From an uncultured virus (IMG/VR IMGVR_UViG_3300034284_002793) (Duplodnaviria; Heunggongvirae; Uroviricota; Caudoviricetes): a stretch of 64,000 bases of DNA. The notes below the pieces were generated by a model. That model worked only from the letters and a program-made list of their open reading frames with translations, was not told the DNA's origin and did no database searches. Positions 59,792 to 64,000 of this stretch are shown here, piece by piece. Within the stretch, counting starts at the first letter, position 1. Every line of letters starts with the position of its first letter. The translations under genes and the position numbers were made by a program. The stretch spans positions 62,001 through 126,000 of the IMG/VR virus record IMGVR_UViG_3300034284_002793, one strand, 5' to 3'.

Positions 59792-60256
59792 ATGAAAAAT
59801 AAAATTATAACAATCATAGTCACTGCATTGGTAACCGCAGCAGTTACTTTCGTTACTCTATCACTTACAGATAGCGAACCGCTGACCGACTGGGTAAAAA
59901 TGGCGAAGTTAAGAATTAAAGGATGCTCTGATCCCGAGGCGCACCTGAGCAACGCCAAGCGGATAAAGGGTTGGCTTACCGCAGTTGGAGAGCATGAGCC
60001 TGTTAGTGTGAGAATCAGAGAAGGTGTAGGCTTGCCGCCAGACCAGAGTTTGGCTCCTAAAGGGGTTAAACTCACTCCAACAGCTACAGAAATGTTCATT
60101 TTAGTTCGTTCTTCTGATTTTGAGAACAATATCCGTGAGATATACGAATTTGATCTCATGAAAATTATGGTGGATAAGGATGCAAGAAAACAATTAAGAG
60201 AACTTATTACCAAAACTAAAGCACAGAGCAATGAGTTTGGTTTCGGTAGTAACTAA
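59792..60256 (+). CDS. Membrane-anchored early protein
   Basis: N-terminal TM/signal segment; TTGACG-17-TAGCAT promoter, ATG 6 nt later. Confidence 0.7.
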   Translation: MKNKIITIIVTALVTAAVTFVTLSLTDSEPLTDWVKMAKLRIKGCSDPEAHLSNAKRIKGWLTAVGEHEPVSVRIREGVGLPPDQSLAPKGVKLTPTATEMFILVRSSDFENNIREIYEFDLMKIMVDKDARKQLRELITKTKAQSNEFGFGSN

Positions 60257-60326
60257 CTGAAATTCAACAACTTGCAGAGCCAGATCGGGCCGCGCGGCGT
60301 AACTCCTTGATATTCAAAGACTTACG
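60248..60326. repeat. 79-bp double-palindrome element, copy 4
   Basis: Boxes 60248-60276 and 60298-60326. Confidence 0.88.
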
Positions 60327-60336
60327 CAAAACGCTA

Positions 60337-60353
60337 CGCAATAGCCATGCCAA
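60337..60353 (-). promoter_or_regulatory. sigma54-like -24/-12 motif
   Basis: TTGGCATG-GCTA-TTGCG, near-consensus. Confidence 0.55.
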
Positions 60354-60427
60354 GTTGCAGAAAAAAAATTTCACACAATCGCAAAAAAATCCCTTGCATT
60401 TTTGCGCGTCCGCGCTATATTGAAATC

Positions 60428-60943
60428 ATGAAAGAGAGAAAATCACTAAACGAAAAGCCTCTGACTTGCCTGTTCGTCGGCGTTACCCTCGCTTTGGTAT
60501 CAGCAGGAGTTGCCATTTATGGGTTGCGGTTTGGGTTTGCGTCTATTGCCTTTTTGCTTGTTGCTGCTGCAATCTTAAATATCGCAGCGTGGTTTTTTGC
60601 CACCCCTGTCGTCTCTTTCGTTGGCGATTTTGTAGGAAAATTTTTTACTGGAAGTCAAAACTTTAGCAAGCCCCAGCCTGCTTACAGCCTGCCAGATGGT
60701 CTTGCCGCTACCGGACAAAACGCTTGCGCTATCCTTGCCTACAATGAACTTGCAAAAAATCATCCCGAAGAAATCTTGCCTCATCTTCGCGTGATGAGAA
60801 TATGGATTGAAAAAATGAATGACGTTGACGCTGCGGTTATGGCTTACAATCTCGCCTTGAAAAAAATTCGCGGACAAAAAAATCGCAACGAGTTTACAAA
60901 AATGGCAAAAAATAATTTCAGCAAATTCATCAGCTTTGAATGA
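60428..60943 (+). CDS. Two-TM membrane protein with TPR-like C-terminus
   Basis: Start MKERKS follows TTGCAT-16-TATATT by 6 nt. Confidence 0.7.
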   Translation: MKERKSLNEKPLTCLFVGVTLALVSAGVAIYGLRFGFASIAFLLVAAAILNIAAWFFATPVVSFVGDFVGKFFTGSQNFSKPQPAYSLPDGLAATGQNACAILAYNELAKNHPEEILPHLRVMRIWIEKMNDVDAAVMAYNLALKKIRGQKNRNEFTKMAKNNFSKFISFE

Positions 60944-61008
60944 GTGTCATAGCAATGTCATAAACGCTCGGTCAAACGGGCGTTTTACTTTGCGCGAAAC
61001 CAATTCTA

Positions 61009-61087
61009 TATAAACCCTTGAAAATCAACGACTTACGGCGGCGCGCCCCGCCGCGCGGCGTAACCCATTGCAAATCAACAACTTACA
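61009..61087. repeat. 79-bp double-palindrome element, copy 5
   Basis: Boxes 61009-61037 and 61059-61087. Confidence 0.9.
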
Positions 61088-61097
61088 ACATACATCA

Positions 61098-61114
61098 TTC
61101 AGATAGCGTGCCAA
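61098..61114 (-). promoter_or_regulatory. sigma54-like -24/-12 motif
   Basis: TTGGCACG-CTAT-CTGAA. Confidence 0.45.
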
Positions 61115-61196
61115 CTTTGCAGAGGGGCAAAAAATAAAAAAAATAAAAAACGAAAAAATCCCTTGCGTTTTTGCAGTCCTGTGCTATTCTTTAAGC

Positions 61197-61349
61197 ATGG
61201 AAAAGAAAATGACTCAATATGCGGACAAGCTCAACGCCTTCCGCGCTGGCGAAATCACCGAGGACGAATGGAAAGCGTTCTGTTTTGAGGCTCTCTCCGA
61301 GATTCTCGAAGACACGAAAGATGTCCTCATCAGGCTGAAAAATGCTTGA
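61197..61349 (+). CDS. Early hypothetical protein (50 aa)
   Basis: MEKKMTQYADKLNAFRAGEITEDEWKAFC...; TTGCGT-16-TATTCT, ATG 6 nt later; not in the ORF track. Confidence 0.7.
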   Translation: MEKKMTQYADKLNAFRAGEITEDEWKAFCFEALSEILEDTKDVLIRLKNA

Positions 61350-61380
61350 CCCAATCGCAACAATCAAACATACTACGACC

Positions 61381-61557
61381 ATGAAACAAACACCACAAAA
61401 AGCCCAACTCTGGGCAGTCGGAAACAAAGTCTATCGCGTCATCCGCAACGAAGGCGACAAGACTCACGTTCATCATCACGGGCAAATGGCCCTGTTCTAT
61501 ACGCGCCATCTGAAAATGGCGACACCTTCACAAGTTGCAGAATACTTGGGAAAATAG
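61381..61557 (+). CDS. Early hypothetical protein (58 aa)
   Basis: Start MKQTPQ follows TTGACC-17-CATACT by 6 nt. Confidence 0.65.
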   Translation: MKQTPQKAQLWAVGNKVYRVIRNEGDKTHVHHHGQMALFYTRHLKMATPSQVAEYLGK

Positions 61558-61593
61558 TTTGACAATCACCACAAAACCTAACAGAATAACAAC

Positions 61594-61809
61594 ATGACAA
61601 AAAAACAATTCACCGCAATCGCTAACATCTTGGGAAAACGCTTGGCCGAAAAAGTCAAAGCACCCATCGGAGAATACGAAGTTGTCGAAGTCCTCGCGTT
61701 GGACTTGGCGAAATACTTCTCGACAGAAAACCCTCGTTTCGACGAAGATCGCTTTCTGGAAGCTGTTTTTACTCACACCCCTAACATCCCTGTGGGATCA
61801 TATAAATAA
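61594..61809 (+). CDS. Early hypothetical protein with NPRFDxxRF motif
   Basis: TTGACA-17-CAGAAT promoter; ENPRFDEDRFLEA. Confidence 0.75.
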   Translation: MTKKQFTAIANILGKRLAEKVKAPIGEYEVVEVLALDLAKYFSTENPRFDEDRFLEAVFTHTPNIPVGSYK

Positions 61810-61813
61810 TCAC

Positions 61814-61993
61814 ATGAAAAAATACATCACATTCGACCGCATTGCCTACGCAATGTCCCTCTCCACCTTCATCTTCATCGCCGTGACGCTTTGCGCTGCT
61901 TGCGTTGAATTGCAAAACAGAACCAGCAAGAACCAAAAGCAAATGCAGGAAGAAGTCCGCGCAATGTTTGCCCACATCGAGGCACCTCTATGA
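61814..61993 (+). CDS. Small membrane protein
   Basis: MKKYITFDRIAY..., one TM segment. Confidence 0.55.
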   Translation: MKKYITFDRIAYAMSLSTFIFIAVTLCAACVELQNRTSKNQKQMQEEVRAMFAHIEAPL

Positions 61994-62190
61994 TTACCCC
62001 CAATATCCAAAAAGCTCTTGAGTCAAACGGAGTTCGTTTCTTTGCAAAAGACTTTCTCATGGAAGGTATGCGGAAAGACTGCGTTGACGCCGTGCATGAT
62101 GCAAAACTCGTTTACGAATTGCTAAAAGAACGCATGGAAAAAATGCTTGCAATCGAACCCGAAGACGAATACATTAAAGCCAATGAGTAA
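61990..62190 (+). CDS. Early hypothetical protein
   Basis: ATGA overlap with upstream gene; KDCVDAVHDA motif. Confidence 0.7.
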   Translation: MITPNIQKALESNGVRFFAKDFLMEGMRKDCVDAVHDAKLVYELLKERMEKMLAIEPEDEYIKANE

Positions 62191-62371
62191 AGACCAAGTC
62201 AAAGCCGTGTGCGATTACTCGCATGATGTCATAATGAAAATCAAAGCCGTGTTCGGATTCAAAAAGAAAAGTCCTTCGCTTCTTTGTCATAGTCTCGCGC
62301 ACCTCAACACCGCGACATGGCTTGAGCGCGCGGTCTGCAACGGCACAATCATGGACTACAAGCCGCGATAA
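62183..62371 (+). CDS. Early hypothetical protein
   Basis: Start MSKDQV follows TTGCAA-17-TACATT by 7 nt; stop codon abuts repeat 6. Confidence 0.55.
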   Translation: MSKDQVKAVCDYSHDVIMKIKAVFGFKKKSPSLLCHSLAHLNTATWLERAVCNGTIMDYKPR

Positions 62372-62450
62372 CGTAAAGCGCTAATAATCAAGCACTTACG
62401 GCGGCGCGCCCCGCCGCGCAGCGTAAGTCGTTGAAAATCAATCACTTAGG
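62372..62450. repeat. 79-bp double-palindrome element, copy 6
   Basis: Boxes 62372-62400 and 62422-62450. Confidence 0.9.
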
Positions 62451-62460
62451 CAAAAGCACT

Positions 62461-62477
62461 TTCATACAGTGTGCCAA
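62461..62477 (-). promoter_or_regulatory. sigma54-like -24/-12 motif
   Basis: TTGGCACA-CTGT-ATGAA. Confidence 0.4.
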
Positions 62478-62560
62478 GTCCGCTGTCAAGTAGAAAAAAA
62501 ATATTTTTTTAATCGTAAAAAATTCCTTGCGTTTTTGGCATATTGTGGTATTCTTTAATT

Positions 62561-62800
62561 ATGAAAATCACCAAGCCCGACCTCTACGAAGCCCTCATCC
62601 AAGCGCGTGTCGCCTTATCGAAAGACATCCGCGAAACTTTGCGCGGTCGCCACCTCTCCTACGTTCAAGACCTCTCGCGGAAATCCATCCGCGAAAAAAT
62701 CGCGGCCTATCGGTTGCTCTCCAACCTCTCCACGATCAACGCGGAAAGCTACTCGGACAACCGCTCTCTGCGTCACGTTAAAAAAGCTCTTGCCAAGTAA
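62561..62800 (+). CDS. Basic early hypothetical protein
   Basis: Start MKITKP follows TTGCGT-16-TATTCT by 6 nt. Confidence 0.7.
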   Translation: MKITKPDLYEALIQARVALSKDIRETLRGRHLSYVQDLSRKSIREKIAAYRLLSNLSTINAESYSDNRSLRHVKKALAK

Positions 62801-62825
62801 CGCAATCTCTGACAAAATCACCACC

Positions 62826-63509
62826 ATGAAACTACTAAGCACCAACAATACCAAAATCAAAAAAGGCGAAAAGCTCGGCTGGCGCACTTACGGCCTTTCA
62901 CTTTCACCCGCTGGCAAAAGTGGAAAACAATTCTGTCCGCATCGCTCGGCTGGCTGTGAGTTTGCTTGTCTCGACACTTCGGGCATGGGCATCTTCTCAA
63001 ACGTCCAAGACGCACGCCTTGCAAAGTCGCGTTTCTTCATCGACAACCGCAACGAGTTTCTCGCTCAGTTGCATAAAGAATTGCACAATGCCGAAAAGTG
63101 GAGCGCAAAAAATAATACGCCTGTGGCCGTGCGTCCGAACGTGCTTTCTGATCTGCCTTTCCATAAGCTGATCGACATGGCGCGCTTTCCGTCAATTCAG
63201 TTTTACGATTACACGCCGAACCTTCAACGCATGATGCAGTTTCTAAACGGCGAGTTGCCTAAAAATTATCACCTGACCTTCTCGCGCAAAGAGGACAATC
63301 AGCATCGTGTCCACGCTGTTGTTGCCGCTGGCGGTAACGTGGCCGCTGTCTTTAGTGAGTTGCCCGAAACCTACCTCGGAAAGCCTGTCATAAACGGCGA
63401 CGAAAGCGACTTGCGTTTTCTCGACGCGCAGGGCGTGATCGTTGGACTCAAAGCAAAAGGCAAAGCTCTCAAAGATCAATCTGGCTTTGTGGTGCAAGTT
63501 GGCGTATAA
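62826..63509 (+). CDS. GP88-like radical-SAM-related protein
   Basis: CPHRSAGCEFAC cysteine cluster, RPNVLSD, QFYDYT, YHLTFS, GDESDLRFLD and GLKAKG; start MKLLST at 62826. Confidence 0.75.
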   Translation: MKLLSTNNTKIKKGEKLGWRTYGLSLSPAGKSGKQFCPHRSAGCEFACLDTSGMGIFSNVQDARLAKSRFFIDNRNEFLAQLHKELHNAEKWSAKNNTPVAVRPNVLSDLPFHKLIDMARFPSIQFYDYTPNLQRMMQFLNGELPKNYHLTFSRKEDNQHRVHAVVAAGGNVAAVFSELPETYLGKPVINGDESDLRFLDAQGVIVGLKAKGKALKDQSGFVVQVGV

Positions 63510-63518
63510 TGAAAACCT

Positions 63519-63584
63519 ATGGAAATCATAATCCTTCTTGCTGGCATTATCGGTGGCGCATTACTAATAAATAAAAAATTATGA
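63519..63584 (+). CDS. Small hydrophobic peptide (21 aa)
   Basis: MEIIILLAGIIGGALLINKKL; ATGA overlap with the next ORF. Confidence 0.4.
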   Translation: MEIIILLAGIIGGALLINKKL

Positions 63585-63739
63585 CACTAAACCTAATCGC
63601 ACGAAAAAACTTGTTTCGCTTGTCTGAATACTTTTTCAGCCTTGCGGTATGGTGGGAACGCGCTGGCGTTATGACACTCCAAAAACTTTTCTTTATGGGG
63701 TGGCAAAAATGCCTTGACACACGAGACAAATTACGGTGA
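63581..63739 (+). CDS. Early hypothetical protein (52 aa)
   Basis: MTLNLIARKNLFRLSEYFF...; stop codon abuts repeat 7. Confidence 0.5.
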   Translation: MTLNLIARKNLFRLSEYFFSLAVWWERAGVMTLQKLFFMGWQKCLDTRDKLR

Positions 63740-63818
63740 CATAACCTACTGAAAATCAACGACTTACGGCGGCGCGCCCCGCCGCGCGGCGTAAGTGCTT
63801 GAAAATCAACGACTTATA
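63740..63818. repeat. 79-bp double-palindrome element, copy 7
   Basis: Boxes 63740-63768 and 63790-63818. Confidence 0.9.
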
Positions 63819-63828
63819 CAAAATGCCA

Positions 63829-63845
63829 TTCAAGAAGCATGCCAA
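63829..63845 (-). promoter_or_regulatory. sigma54-like -24/-12 motif
   Basis: TTGGCATG-CTTC-TTGAA. Confidence 0.45.
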
Positions 63846-63946
63846 CTCACAGAAAAAACGCTCGTTTGAATTTTCGTCAACAAAAATACTTTTCAGAATC
63901 GCAAAAAATCCATTGCATCGTGCCGTGCCTGTGCTACTCTTTACCT

Positions 63947-64000
63947 ATGCAAGCGAACACCATCACCGACGACTTCAACACGCAAACCCAAAGCGACGAG
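63947..64000 (+). CDS. Truncated ORF, paralog of 58310
   Basis: MQANTITDDFNTQTQSDE; TTGCAT-16-TACTCT, ATG 6 nt later. Confidence 0.65.
   Translation, partial: MQANTITDDFNTQTQSDE

Noticed and set aside
57096..63759. Minus-strand and long alternative-frame ORFs in the early region (e.g. 57862-58320, 58181-58528, 59349-59690, 5' parts of 57995 and 62607)
   Set aside because: Shadow ORFs of GC-richer DNA; the promoter-ATG geometry identifies the plus-strand genes and their true starts
57754..63818. CRISPR array interpretation of the repeats
   Set aside because: Repeats come in pairs with a conserved, not unique, 21-bp spacer and are separated by genes; no cas genes are present
1..64000. tRNA/rRNA genes, integrase, transposase, introns/inteins, alternative genetic code
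   Set aside because: None recognised by eye; genes pack tightly in the standard code and TerL appears uninterrupted

Overview
The window is part of a large tailed-phage genome (no sheath gene seen, so probably siphovirus-like) with two very different halves. Bases 1-56.8k are AT-rich. They encode three glycosyltransferase ORFs, an SSB-like and an annealase-like protein, two phage sigma factors, PhoH, an ERCC4-type nuclease and a full morphogenesis module on the minus strand (terminase, portal, protease/scaffold, capsid, neck, tail tube, tape measure, tail tip). A divergent plus-strand cluster of Ser/Thr-Gly-rich virion proteins and an LpxH-like phosphoesterase follow. From about 57.1k the DNA is clearly more GC-rich and consists of short, early-type genes; most have their own sigma70 promoter with ATG 6-7 nt after the -10 box (leaderless). 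Seven copies of a fixed-geometry 79-bp element separate the gene groups: two 29-bp palindromic boxes resembling IHF sites, exactly 50 bp apart, around a 21-bp GC spacer. Five copies have an inward-facing sigma54-like -24/-12 motif at an invariant distance. Other highlights are a nested (AAAABBBB) Gly/Ser-rich module in virion proteins, a PD-(D/E)xK-like domain bracketed by GFxPNF motifs in the tape measure, and a GT9 enzyme split across two genes. All protein calls come from motif recognition and gene order by eye; no database search was run.
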